From positions 587-64,586 of the forward strand of contig JAGGZE010000100.1 of the NCBI GenBank assembly GCA_021162205.1: a stretch of DNA of 64,000 nt, given 5' to 3'. Shown one piece after another: positions 1-15,000 of this stretch. The DNA is from a bacterium (GTDB lineage: Bacteria > UBP14 > UBA6098 > B30-G16). Under the pieces are notes generated by a model. It saw only the letters and a program-made list of their open reading frames with translations. It was not told the origin of the DNA and made no database searches. The first letter of the stretch is position 1. The number at the start of each line of letters is the position of its first letter. Made by a program: the position numbers and the translations under genes.

Positions 1-3000
1 GTCTATTTTACAATCGTCGCCGATACGATTAGTGCCACAAGCACAACCGATAAAGATACACTTTGGCGAGCATCGCAGGGTGGTGTAAGTCCCAGCACAC
101 CGGGAACGGCATGTATGGATTTCTTTCTCCCATCGAACTCTGTCGGACTGACCGTAGTTGTTACCGTTGTTGGATACGATGAATACTCGAAATACAGAAC
201 ATTCACGGTGATAACAGGCACGGAATATAATATTTTACTAATGCAATTAGATTCCAATTCTGTAACTGTCGGCAGTGGACAGGTCGGTATTACTGTCTGG
301 GTGAAAGATGTTTTTGGACAACCCGTTCAAAATGAATTCGTATGTTTCACATCGTTGAATCCCACTCTTGGAGTAATGGCTGATTCCTGCCTTTTCAGCG
401 ATAATGCAGGGATGTGCACAACATCTTTTATCATCGGGACAAAATCTGGTATCGACACGATTTGTGCAACCGACCACGCAGGAATATCGGTGTGCGGGCA
501 TATTATCCTCAATCCCGCTGTGGCTAACACTGAAAGCTTATTTGCAGATGCTTATCACATCTATCGCTGCGGCTCGGGACTTTACGACCAAACCGATATT
601 ATCGCTCAAATATACGATAGATACTGGAATCCTGTCAGAAATGGAACATCCGTGATTTTTTCAATCGATACTTTTACTTTTATGGATTCATGTTCAAATA
701 ATCCATCGGATAGTTGTTATCCCTGTCCGGGTCTTGAACCCGAGCATCCCACTCTCGGAAGATTATATTCCGATACAGTCTATACGACGACAGATTCCAC
801 AGGTTCTTATGCAACCGTTAAACTTAAAGCTGGTTATCTTTCTGGTGTGGTTAGACTGCGCTGCGATGTTTTAGATGGTTCTGGAACTGTTGCATGGTCT
901 TCACTTTTAAATATTTCATCGGGACAACCGCATTATATATCGCTTTCAGCTCGTCCACCGGGGTCGTCTATTTGGGAAGCTGGCGACCCGATGCAAAATT
1001 ATTATTCCTCTCCAATCGACTATGCTATGTGGGGAGCTTGCACACAGGACAGTATGCCACTCGAAATTATGGCAGTAGTTTCAGATGAATTCAATAACCC
1101 GATACCGAGCACATCTGTTTGGTTCACTGCGACATCGGGAGTTGTCGGCGGCTGGCCTGGAAGTCCATCTATCGCTATCAACACGGATTCGACAGGCATC
1201 GGCACTACTTATTGGTTCTCATCGGATAGACGAGAACTCGATTCCTGTTTCGTTATGATTAAAGCTTATTCTGCGGAGACATCGGTGGCGGATAGTCTAT
1301 TTTTCTATCTTAGATATTTAGATGGCACACTTTGCTGCAATCCCTGCGATTTAGTGAACATAATTTCCGCTACCGCTATTCCCGATACTATCGAGGGCAG
1401 TGGCACCGATTCATCTACAATCGCTGTCCAACTTGTCTATAGTTCACTTCCACTGACAAATTATCAGGTTCAATTCAGAACGAGGCACGGATGGCTGTCG
1501 TCGAATATCGATACGACGAATGAAAGTGGTATTGCCACAGTCTATTATTCTGCGATAAATCCATCGCCGAGCACTTTTGCCGATACTATTACCGCTATCG
1601 CCGGCGACAGTTGCGCTATTGCTTATATACCCGTTTATGTGAGTCCTGCGGCAGTTGCATTGAATATAACTCTTATTGCAGACGATTACAATCCCACAGT
1701 AGGCGGGCAAGAGGTTGAACTCACGGGAATGATAAGAGATATTGGCGGTGTTCCTATTACTATTCCACTTCCGATAAGCTGGTCTATAATGACCGATACT
1801 CTTATTGCTCCTCCCGAAGTGGGTGATTTTGTAAGTTATTCTGTTTATTCGGATACACTCGGATTGTTCTCGGCAGTTTTCGAAACAGGCAATCTTGCGG
1901 GAGTGATTACGATAAATGCCATCGTTGCAGGTTCGGGAACAGCATCGGTGAATTTGAATATTTTACCCGCAACCGTTATATTAGCGGCAGATAATTACAA
2001 CCCAGAGGTCGGCGGAGTAGTTGTTCACTTAAATGGCTCGATAACAGATTATCTTGGCGACCCTGTGCGAACTCCCGCACCGGTGAACTGGAGTCTTATT
2101 TTACCCGATAGTTCCATAGCACCTATCGAAATGGGTCATCTCGACAGTTTATCGATGGCATCCGATACCAATGGAACATTTAAGGGTGTCTATATTTCTG
2201 GAACGACTAATGGCGAGGTTGGAGTTGTTGCCGAGGTCGCAGGAATCGGCTCTGATACAGTTTGGCTTAATGTGCAAAGCGGTCCACCGGCGGGAATTAC
2301 CCTGAATATTTCTCCCGATACCGATACTGTCGGCGGACTCGTGCCGGATACTATTTCAGGCTGCGTTGTCGATGGCTATGGTAATCCTGTCGAATTTTCT
2401 GGCGTAGTAAATTTATGGCTCGCATACGATGCAGCGGGTGATTCTGTTTGCTATCCATGTTCGTATGGCTCGATAGAACCGACAGGTGTTATTCCCGACA
2501 GCACAGGTTGTTTCACAGCATTATTCAGCCCGGGAGTGACATCGGGACTTATATGGATTCACGCTCTCGCCGATAGCGCTCATGGAGTTACATCTATAAC
2601 TCTTATTCCTCAATTGGCTCGAACTGAAAGTCTCGCGGTAAGTCTAAACCATATCCGCACTTGCGGAAACGCTCCATACCAAAGTGAAGTGACAACCTAT
2701 GTATTCGACCAGTTCGGCAATGCTGTTGCGGATTTGACACCGATTATATTCGCTATCGATACATTTTCATATATGGATGCCTGCACGACCTGGGATGATA
2801 GTTGTCTTTCGCCCTGTCCGAGATTGATACCATCGAGTTCTGTGCTGGGTCCGCTTTTCTCGGATACTATATATACAATCGATGGACTTGCACGAGCCAC
2901 ATTGAAAGCAGGTTCGGTTTCGGGTGTTGTGCGAGTTGCTGCCTATGTTATGGATGGTTCTGGCGAGGTTGCATATTCGCAGATGATAAATATCTCATCG

Positions 3001-6000
3001 GGAGATGTGCAGGAAATTTCTATCTCGGCTCGAAAAAGGTCGCCTATCGATACTTTAACTGGCCATTTATGCATAAGTGTTCCGCCATATACTTGCGAAT
3101 ATTGCAGTTGGACTTACGACTGGTGGTCTGGCGACCCCGACATCGATGGCTATGCTCCACAATTGAATATGCCAAGCGGATGGGTTCTCGATGGCGATAC
3201 TTGTAATTCCCTGTGGATTCAGGTGCGAATTTCGGTGTCCGATACATTCGGCAACCCGATACCGAGTGCGACTATTCATTTATCTTGCGATGAGGGAGTT
3301 ATCGGCGGTTATCCTTATGGCCCTGTCGATTCTGTGGCATTGACCGATACAAACGGTCTCGCATATACATACTGGTATGCCGCAGACCCGAGAGTCGATG
3401 GTCAAGTGTGGATTAAGGCACATTCATCGGATATAAGTGTGGGTGATAGTTTATGGTTCTATCTTTTGGATACTCTCGGTATTCCTCCGTATGATACTGT
3501 CGAGCAAGAGGTTATATATGTCGTTCCCGATACCGTTTTCGGCGATGGTCTTTCGACTGTCGATATTTTGTGCAGAGTGATGCGAAATGGCAATCCTCTG
3601 CCGAATTATCCCGTATATTTCTATGCGGATACAGGTATGATTGGCTCACCTGTTTTCAGCGATTCGATAGGTTATGCACGAACAACTTATTATTCGGGAT
3701 TGAATCATAATCCAGGAGTCATAACGACAGATAGCATAACTATGATTGCTGGAATAGATACAGCATATTTCCCGATATTTTTGTTGCCCATCGACCCTGT
3801 GCGACCCTATGTTGCATATATATTGTTCGATTTGCAACCCGATAATATTTCGGTCGGCGATTCGGCTGTGCTTTCGGGACTTATTCTCGATGGTCTCGGC
3901 TACCCTGTGCGGTTACCCGTGCCTGTCTATTTCGCACTTCATCAGGATAGTTTTCCAGCTCCGTTGAATATGGGTATAATTTCACCGGGATATACATATA
4001 CCAGTTCTGACGCTGCAACTTATGGACAGTTCAGCACGCTTTTCCGAAGCGGTTCACAGGCCGGAAATTTATGGCTACTTATGACCGCTATTCAGGGAGC
4101 CGATACTGTTATAGACTCGGTTATGATTCATATTACGGGGTCGTCGCCGCAAACTATTTCGGTTGTCCCTACATCGGCATATCTCGAAGCTGATGGCAGA
4201 AGCAATATGCAGGTTGTCGCTACTGTGCAGGATATGTATGGCAATCCTGTCGAGGGTGTTACTGTCGATTTCAGCACGACACTTGGACAGATGAATCCTG
4301 CGACTGCAATCACCAATGAAAATGGTCAAGCATCGACTATTTTGATAAGCGGCACAGAAACTGGAACCGCAGTAATCACTGCTACTTGCGAGGGCAGAGT
4401 TGGAACCGCCGAGGTCGAATTCGTTTCTGCTACAGTTCATTTTATAATTCTCGATGTCGAGCCATCGAGACTTCCAGCCGATGGAATAAGTTCAGCAGCA
4501 GTTACCGCCGATATTAGAGACCAGTATGGTCAGCCGATTTCCGATGGCACAATCGTATCGTATCGATGTTTGACACCCACTCATATACCGATTGGGAATA
4601 TCGATACGATAGGCGTAACATCCACTGGAATATCCACAGTTAATCTGACAGCACCGACTACCGCGACATCCGCATGGGTTTTTGCCACTGCGATGAGTCA
4701 TATCGAAAGCGTATATGTTGAATTCACCGCAGGCGATGTATATTCATTAGAGATTTCATCATTACCCGATACCATTCCCGCCGATGGTTTATCGCAATCG
4801 GATATATCGGTTCGAGCTTACGACCAGTATGGCAATCCTGTGGAAAGCGGAAATAGAATAGATTATGCTGCGACTTTGGGCGAATTGCTTTTCGACCACT
4901 CGTTCACAGATGATACTGGATTTACGCAAACGGTTCTCACGAGTGCAAGAACGACAGGTTCCTCTCAAATAACAGCATCATCGGGCGATGTCGAAGCAAT
5001 CACTGTTGTCTATTTTTCGCCGATAACCGCTCAATCGATTGTAGTGATGTCCGATTCGGTTCATCTTTGCGCCGATGGTATTTCATCGACAAATATACGA
5101 GCATTAGTTTTCGATTCACTCGGTGGTGCTGTCCCCGATGGCACACCCGTTAGTTTCTCCACCGACTTGGGAATTTTAATTCCAGGATACGCCTACACCG
5201 ATAGCGGCGAGGTGGTAGTATTACTGCGAGCTCCGACCACTCCGGGCATAGCGACTATTATTGCCGATGCCGGTGATGGAATTATCGGCACGACTTATGT
5301 CGAATTCATCGCAGGTTCACCGGCAAGTATTTCTATGTCTGTATCGCCGAATATTCTTCCAGCCGATGGCGATACGACCGCAATCATTTCTGGAACTGTA
5401 TATGATGAAAATGCCAATCCAATAGGTGCAGGTTTCGAGGTGCAATTCCAAACGACACTCGGCAGCGTGGATTTACTCACCTATACCGATTCTGTTGGAA
5501 GTTTTTCGATTATATATCATGCTGGCATCACTCCTGGAACCGCTATTATCGGTGCCACCTGTGAATCCGCTCACGGGCAGGCATATATAGATATTATCCC
5601 GACAGATGCCGAGGAATTGTATATCACAATCGACCCGAACGAACTGACTGCAGACAGCCGAAGCACCGCTGTGGTTTCTGGACGAGTTACAAATACGCTT
5701 GGAAATCCTGTCGCCGATGGCACACCTGTTAGATTGGAAATCCATTGTGCCGATACTCTCGGCTGCGATGCTTTCGGCGAGGTTATGCCTATTACTGTTC
5801 CCACCGACAGCGGAGATTTCAATGCTACATTTATCGCAGGCACAAGAGTCGGAAGAGTTTGGATTATCGCATCGGTCGGGACTGTTATCGATTCTGCATT
5901 TGTCAATCTGAAACCCGGCGAGGTAGATTCTATCGCTGTCGATGCGAACCCGAATATTATTTCTGCCGATAGTTTCAGTTATTCGCTAATCGCCGCTAAT

Positions 6001-9000
6001 CTTTTCGATGTATATGGAAATGCAGTGGGAAGCGGTGTCGATGTTAATTTCTCCACTACTAATGGAACGATTTTACCCGAACATACAACGACTAATTCAT
6101 CGGGATATGCCAGCGCACTTCTCATAAGTAGCAGAATGCCCGGTGTGGCGAGAGTTCAGGTTTCATCCGGAAGTGCAATCGGTGAAGATACTGTCGTTTT
6201 CTCTGAATCGGGTGCAGGACTCGTCATAGTAACAATTAGCCCATCGCAGATTATTGCCGATGGTGTATCCTTTGCTATTGTAACTGCGCAAATTACCGAT
6301 ACGCTCGGAAATCCGATATCCGATGGTATACCTGTTATGTTCTCGGAAATCGTCGATACGGCTACCGGTGCAGATACACTCGGTGTTCTCGTGCCATCGA
6401 TTGCCTATACTTCCGATGGCGAGGCGACCGTGCAGTTCAGAGCGAGAACACAAAAGGGTATCGCTACAGTTCGCGCCTGCATAGATTCACTTCACTGTGG
6501 CGAGGGTATAGTCGAATTTATTGCAGGTAATGGCGATTCAATCGAAATTTATTCTGCTGATTCGATGCTTCCCGCCGATGGTGTCAGTTTCACGGAAATC
6601 ACGGCGATAGTCTATGATAGATACGGCAATTTGGTCGAAGGTGGAAGAAGTGTTTTATTTGCAACGACTTCTGGCGGAGTTGCACCTGCAACCGCTCCAA
6701 CAAATTCCGCAGGTCAAGCTAAGGCGATTCTCACATCGTCGGACAATCCTGGAATCGCATGGGTTACCTCTCAATGCGAGGATGGATATGCTACGATTCC
6801 CGTCGAATTTGGACTGGCGGAACCTGTATTTCTTGCGGTCAATGCAAATCCACGCAGAATCGCTGCCGATGGCATTTCGACAAGCGCGATTACTGCCCGA
6901 TTGATAAATGCTGTGGGTGAGCCGGTAGTCGAAGGCACGATGATTATTTTCCACGCATTCGATTCGCTTGGAAATCCATTCGGCGATATAGATACACTCG
7001 CCACAACATCTGCTGGACAGGCTCAGGTAACTTTAACTGCTCCCACTCAGATTGGTGTGGCTTATGTTACTGCGGCATATTATGGCGATATCGACACCTT
7101 AATAGATACGACAACGGTTACATATACACCGGGTCCGCCTGCGGGTATCGATATATTTGTCGCTCCTGAAACACTTTATGCAAACGATACTGTTACAGCG
7201 GATATTAGAATTGTGGTTGTCGATTTATATGGCAATCCTGTCGAGCCGGGGCAAAATATCTCGATATCGAGCGACAATGGAACGATTTTTCCGACTACTG
7301 CATACACGGGCGATACTGTCGTCTGCACATATTATCCCGGTTCGGTTGCAGGCAGAGCGACAATAAATGTATCTTGTGGCTCGATTGTCAACAGCGCGGT
7401 TATCGAGCTTTTGACACCGTCAATCGCTTATCTCGTTGTGTTTGCGGATTCATCATCGCTTGTGGCTAATGGCTCGAGCGTTAGTGAAATTCATATCATC
7501 GCTCAGGATGCACTCGGTCATCCTGTCGCTGACAATACACCTGTTTATCTAACCACCACAGCGGGATTAGTGTTCCCCGGAATTGCATATACGAACGGTG
7601 GCGAGGCTGTCGTGAGTCTTCGCAGTGGCACGGTTGCACCGGATACCGCTGTAATAATAGTTTCCGCTGGAGTCGAGGCTGAAACGGTTTATGTGCCATT
7701 GATTCCTGGACCGCCTGCGATGATAGACATTATTCCAAATTCGACATCGCTTTTCGCAGATGGCGAAGACACTACTACGGTTCGAGCTTATGTTACCGAT
7801 GCTCACGGTAATTGGGTGAATGAAGGAACAAATGTTAGATTTTCGACGAGTCTCGGCACAATAGATTCGCTTACTTTAACCACTGCGGTCGCCGAGACAA
7901 CAGGTTTTGCATCGGCGAGATTCAGAGCCGGTATTATTCCGGGTTCAGCATTGATAACTGTTACATCGGGAACTGCTATTTCACAAACTATAATCGGTTT
8001 GATTCCAACCGATGTTGGCAATATATATCTGACAGTCGACCCGAACGAACTTATTGCAGATAGCCGAAGCACTGCTGTTGTTTCGGGACGAGTTACGAAT
8101 ACATTGGGCAATCCTATTACAGATGGAACACCTGTCGGTCTCGAGGTTCACTGCGCAGATACACTCGGCTGCAATGGTTTCGGTGAAATTGTTCCTATCA
8201 CAGTTCATACAGACAGCGGAAATTTCGATGCGGAATTTATTGCTGGCACGAGAGTCGGCAGAATTTGGGTAGTCGCCAGCGTCGATACTATCGCAGATTC
8301 GGCATTTGTCGATTTGATTCCAGGCGAACCGGATTCTGTTGCATTGACTATCGTTCCGAATACACTTCCTGCGGATAGTTTCAGCAATGCGACTGTTACA
8401 GCAAATCTTTATGATAGATTTGGAAATCCTGTTGAAAGTGGTGTTACTGTGAATTTCAGCACGAGTCTCGGTGAAATCGACCCGACTAATACCACTACAA
8501 ATTCATCGGGACGAGCTACTACTCATCTTACCAGCGGAAGAACACCGGGAATAGCTCTTGTTCGTGCTTCATCTGGTTCTGCTGCTGGCGAGGATACCGC
8601 TATATTCACTCAGACAGGTGCACAATTGGTTGTCGTTACAATCGACCCCGCTCAGATTGTCGCCGATGGTATAAATTCCGCGATAGTGTCGGCTCAAATA
8701 TCCGATTCTCTCGGGAATCCTGTATCCGATGGTATGCCTGTGATGTTTGTCCAGATAGTCGATACCGCCGCCGGTGAGGATACACTCGGTCTGCTTGTGC
8801 CATCGATTGGATTTACGGATAGCGGTGTCGCGACGATTCATTTCAGAGCTGGAACAGAAACTGGACGAGCGACTATTCAAGCCTGTGTGGATACTGCTCA
8901 CTGCGGTATCGGTTTCATCGATTTAATCGCAGGCACAGCAGATTCTATAATTCTTGTCTCCGCAGATACGGTTCTTCCCGCCGATGGTGTTAGTATGACT

Positions 9001-12000
9001 ACTATGTCCGCAGATATTTACGATAGATATGGCAATTCTGTCGAGGGCGGACGCTCGGTAGCGTTCAATACTACACTCGGGCAAATATATCCTTCGACTG
9101 CACCGACAAGTTCGGGCGGACAAGCGAATGCAATTCTAACATCGTCGGCTGACCCTGGCTTAGCTTGGATTACTGCACAGTGCGAGGATGCCTACGCATC
9201 GGTAATGGTGGATTTTGGAATGATGCCACCGGTTTTCCTTTCTATAAATGCTTCGCCGAGAAGAATAACCGCCGATGGTATCTCGACATCAACAATCACT
9301 GCTCATTTGATAAATTCTGTCGGAGCTCCTGTCCCCGATGGCACTATGATATTTTTCCACTCGGTCGATAGCACTGGTGCACCATTCGGCGATATCGATA
9401 CTATCGCAACCACTATAAATGGCGATGCCAGTGTTATATTAACAGCGGAAACGCAAATAGGTGTGGCTTATGTTTCAGCAATCTGGTATAATGCTACGGA
9501 TACACTGACAGATACGGTAACGGTAACATTTACTCCGGGTGCTGTCGCTATGGTTCAGGTTACCGCCGACAGAGAAACACTTTATGCCAACGACACATTA
9601 ACCGCAAGAGTCACGATTGTCGTAACCGATGTATTCGGCAATATGGTCGAACCCGGGCAAGCTGTTGCAATTTCTGTGGACAATGGCGATATTTTCCCGA
9701 CAACAGGATATACCGGCGATACGATTATATGCACATATTATCCAGGTTCTGTCGCTGGAAGAGCTGTTATCACTGCAGAATGCGGTGGATTTGTCGGAAG
9801 TGAGGTTATCGAATTATTGACTCAGATTATTGCAAATCTCGTTATATATTCGGATTCTGCATTTTTGATAGCAAATGGCACAAGCACAACGGGCATTCAT
9901 ATCGTAGCACAGGATTCACTGGGACATCCCGTAGCGGATAATACTCCTGTTTATGTTACAACGACTACTGGAATTACTTTTCCCGGTGTAACATATACAT
10001 CCGGTGGTGAAGCGGCAGTAACTTTGCGAAGTAGCACGCATTCGCCCGACACTGCGATAGTTATTGGAACTGCTGGCTCTGCTTCGGATACTATTTCTAT
10101 TGTGTTCATAGCGGGTCCACCTGCTCTTATAAATCTCGTTCCTGCGAGAAATGTTCTCTGGGCTGATGGCGAGGATACCACTATGGTTCGGGCATATATC
10201 ACCGATATTCATGGCAACTGGGTCGATGAGGGCGAAATTGTCGGTTTCAGCACGAATCTCGGAATAGTGGATAGTTTCGATGTAACTCACGCTGTTGTCG
10301 GGACGACCGGATATGCTCAAACTATGTTCAGGTCTGGAATCGAACCTGGAGCAGCACTCGTAACTGCTAATTGTGGTGATGCTACTGGAATAACTCGAAT
10401 CACACTCGACCCGACTAATGTCGGCGAAATCGGTATATTTGCAAGTCCAGATATAATAGTTGCCGATGGTCATCAAACATCCGATATCACGGGTTTTGTG
10501 CGAAATAGTTTGGGAAATCCAATCAGCGATGGCACTCAAGTCAGACTTAGAGTTTCACCTGATTCACTCGGTAATATATCCCCCGTATCTGTATATACCG
10601 ATAGCGGCAATTTTTCTGCAACATTTACCGCTGCAACAGTTGTCGGTTCGGTATGGGTTGTTATGAATGTCGGTGGAGATACCGATTCGGTCGCAATAGA
10701 ACTCGCACCGGGACAACCTCATATAATAACGATGAACCCTATTATCGGCACAATTTATGCTGATTCATCATCGGTAGATACTATCGCTGTCGTAGTGACA
10801 GATAGATATAGCAATCGTGTTCATGGTGGTGTTTCGATAAATTTCACCACTACACTCGGCGAGATATTCCCGGTGAGTAACGAAACGAATTCCGCTGGAA
10901 GCACCTATGTATTCATTCGCTCGGGATATAATGTCGGAGTTGCACGAGTTGTCGGCAGAATCGATTCTGCGAGAGGTGAATGCTCTGTGATTATTCAGAC
11001 TACGCAGCCGAATATTATCGCGCTATCTGTGGACCCGCATACGCTTATGGCTGATGGATTCTCCACTACATTGCTTACTGCAACCGTATTGGATACATTC
11101 GGACATCCTATATCCGATGGCACACCTGTAACTTTCTCGGTCGATGATAGCACTTATGGATTGATATTCCCCGGTATAGCTTACACAACGAGCGGACAGG
11201 CTACCAGCACATTTAGAGCTGCGGTTCAAAAAGGACATCCTGTATTGAAAGCTGAAACCAGTCCGACAAATTATGATAGTGTAGTTATAACTCTTACTGC
11301 TGGTAATCCCGCTTCGGTTGTAATGACCGCCATTCCAGGCACGCTTTCGGCGAATGGAATGGACCAGAGCGATATCGATGTTCAGGTATTCGATGAGTGG
11401 CTAAATCCTGTAGATGCTGGACAATCCGTTAGTTTCAATTCGACGCTTGGACAAATTTTATTCCCGACACTGCTAACCGATGACAGTGGTCATACCAACA
11501 CTGTTTTACAAGCGGGAAGTGTTCCTGGAAATTGTCAGGTTTCCGCGCAATGCAGTGGTGTTTATGATGTTATCAATGTTACATTTTCGCGAAGTGGTGT
11601 GAATACAATAATTCTAACTGCAAATCCACCCGAACTTGTTGTGGATGGGATTTCGAGTTCTGCTATTACGGCTCAGATTTTCGATGCTAATGGTTCACCC
11701 GTAACAGATAATACGAAAATTTATTTCTGGTCATCCGACCCATTAGCAGGAACAGTTATTTCACCGAGATTCACAAGCGGGGGACAGGTTGTAACCGAAT
11801 TTATTGCGGGAACTAGTATCGGAACAGGGCAGGTATGGATTTTCTCGAGTGATACGGATACGGTTGTTGCGGCTCATCCAATCGATTCTGTGAGAATCGG
11901 ACTTAAACCAGGACAACCTGCATATATAAATGTCTGGACCGATACGAGTCATACACCTCACGATACTCTCTATGCCGATGGCAACGATGGTATATGGGTT

Positions 12001-15000
12001 TTTGCACAAGTTTTCGATGCCTATGGAAATCATATCAATGGTGGGCAAAATGTCGGTTTCCAAACTACAATGGGAAGATTTAGCCCGATTTCTGCGATGA
12101 CCGATACCACTGGCACTGCGAGAGCATATATTCAATCGGGACTCGATATTGGAACAGCGACTATAACTATCACCTGCGGTTCGGCTATGGGATTTCTCGG
12201 TGTCGAGATGATACAGACAACGGTTGCAGGACTTCTTCTAACTCCAGATAAACTGGTTCTTGTCGCAGATGGCACCGATGTTGCGACTATTACTGCAACC
12301 GTATTTGCACCGGGCGGCACTCGTGTTTCCAATAATACTATCGTTCATTTTTATGCCGATACCGATTGGGTGCATCTACTTCCAGAGAATACATACACCG
12401 ACAGCGGTGAAGCCAGTATCACTGTTCGAGCCGATACGGTTGCCACGAGTTCGATTAGAATTCATGCCTATGCGACGACTACAGCGGGTGATACATCCGA
12501 TACCGCATCGCTGAATTTTAGAATCGACCCGGGTCCTGCGGCAAGAATGAATATTACCGTTTCAGATTCTGCTATTCCCGCCGATGGTGCGACAGGTTCG
12601 CTTATCGATGTCTTTGTTTATGATAGATATTCAAATCCGATTATCGCGGGTTCTACGGTTAGGTTTAATACGACACTGGGAGTTATAACCACGGTTAGTT
12701 TCACCGATACTCTCGGGCATTCATCCGCACTGCTGACATCGGGAACAGAAACCGGAAATGCCGTTGTTACTATAACAGCGGGAGATATAACAGGATTTAC
12801 TCAGGTTAGTTTTTATGAATTAACAACCGATGAACTTATAATGACAATTAATCCGATACAGTTGCCCGCCGATGGTGTCAGTTCTGCGACTATAACAGTT
12901 CACGCTTACGATTCGCTCGGTTTTCCATCGTCGGATGGCAGCAGAGTAGCATTCTACCAGCACGATACGACAAGCGGTTTCATTAAGGGAATTATTGCTC
13001 CGCATATCGCCTATACTGTCGATGGAATAGTTACAGTTACATTGACAGCTCCTGTCAAAAAGGGTTGGGGGAGAATCTACGCCTATGCGGATACTGTGGG
13101 TTCCGCTGTCGTCGATTCTTTCGATGTTCAATATCTCGCGGGAGAACCTGCGATAATACAATTCGATACCACTAATTTCAGTAATTTCGAGGCGAGTGGA
13201 ATGTATTTCGATGTGCCTGTTATTATTGAAGATGCTTATGGAAACCCAGTCGATGTTGGAACCGAGGTTACATTCACAACTACACGCGGGGATATTCAAA
13301 CACCAGCGGTTGTATCGAATGACACAGGTGGAACTGTAACATATATTTCCAGCCACGAGACAGGACCTGCTGTTATAACAGCTCATTCTGGAAGTGCTGT
13401 CGCTACGGCTCACTGCAATTTCAATGAAATCGAGGGCGATTGGATGATGATTATCGCCAATCCATATATTATCACAGCGGATGGCGCATCTCATTCGACT
13501 ATCACGGCAACTCTTATGGATACGAGTGGCGGAATATTTATTCCTGTATCCGATGGTGTTCCTGTTCAATTTATGGTTATTGGACCCGGTATTTTATCTT
13601 CTTCCATTGCATTCACATCTGGAGGACAGGCATCGGTTACATTAACCGCTGGAACGATTGCCGATACTACACAAATTTTCGCATTAGCAATATCGGCATC
13701 GGGAGATACACTTTCAGATACAGTGAATGTATTTTTACAGCCCGGTCCTGCATCGATTGTGGAATTTATAGATTCATTCTTTCATCCTCTTCCCGCAAAT
13801 GGTGCCGACACCGAACAGGTATGGATAAAAGTTATGGATGCTTTTGGAAATGGTGTGATTCGTGGGACACCTGTTTCATTCAGCACAAATCTCGGGGATA
13901 TTACACCCAATAGCGCCACCGACGACAGTGGTTTTGCTTGGGCGATATTGACTGCGAGTTCTACTCCCGGTGTTGCCACTATTTCAGCGAGTTGTGGGGG
14001 TGCAGCAGGTTATGCGACAATCGCTATGCAGGAATTGACCGCCGATTCGATTATTTTAGCTGTGTATCCTCGCGAAATAATCGCCGATGGCGTATCGACA
14101 AGTGAACTGACCTCGGTTGTATTTCATGGCGACTTGCCTGTTTCCGATGGCACAATCGTTAGATTTTCGGCATCGCGAGGAATTACTCGTCCAGCTATCG
14201 CTTACACATCGTCCGGTGTTGCCACCTCGCAACTCGTATCATCTGTTAGTCCGGATACTGTATTTATAGCTGCTATCAGTGGAACGGTTGCAGATACCGA
14301 TACTGTTTACTTAGTCCCTGGACCTCCTACAAGGATGACTATCGAATCCACACCCGATTCTGTTCTTGTCGCAAATGGAAACGATACACTTCGAGTAAAT
14401 GTGCAGGTTTTCGACGATTATAGTAACCCTGTGGGTTCGGGTCAATTAGTTACATTCGGTTCTACAATCGGGATAATTACGCCGAATGCTTATACCGATT
14501 CAGTCGGACAGGCATCGGTGATTCTTTCGAGCGAATATGAAGCTGGATGGGCACAGATAACGGGGACTTGCGGAAGTGCTACTGCAAGTATGCTAATTCA
14601 ATTTATTCCCGATTCGATTGGACAGGTTATTTTGGCTGTCAATCCAATCGAACTTACCGCCGATGGAGGTTCCACTGCCGATGTAACTGTAACTGTGCTC
14701 GATATAAACGACCATCCAATTGCGGATGGCACACCCGTTCTATTCAGTGGATTAAATCTCGGGCTTATAAGCCCACCTGTTGTAACGACAACCGATGGCT
14801 CGGCATCGGCTACTCTTACAAGTTTCACGCTTATCGGTATGGATACTATTATAGCGAGTTGTGGTTCGGTAGTGGACTCGGTGAATTTATCGTTTGTGGC
14901 TGGACCACCTGCGAATATTGTGTTAATTCCCAATAATAACTTTCTTATTTCCGATGGCACGGATACAACGACTGTTACCGCTACTGTTACCGATGCAGCG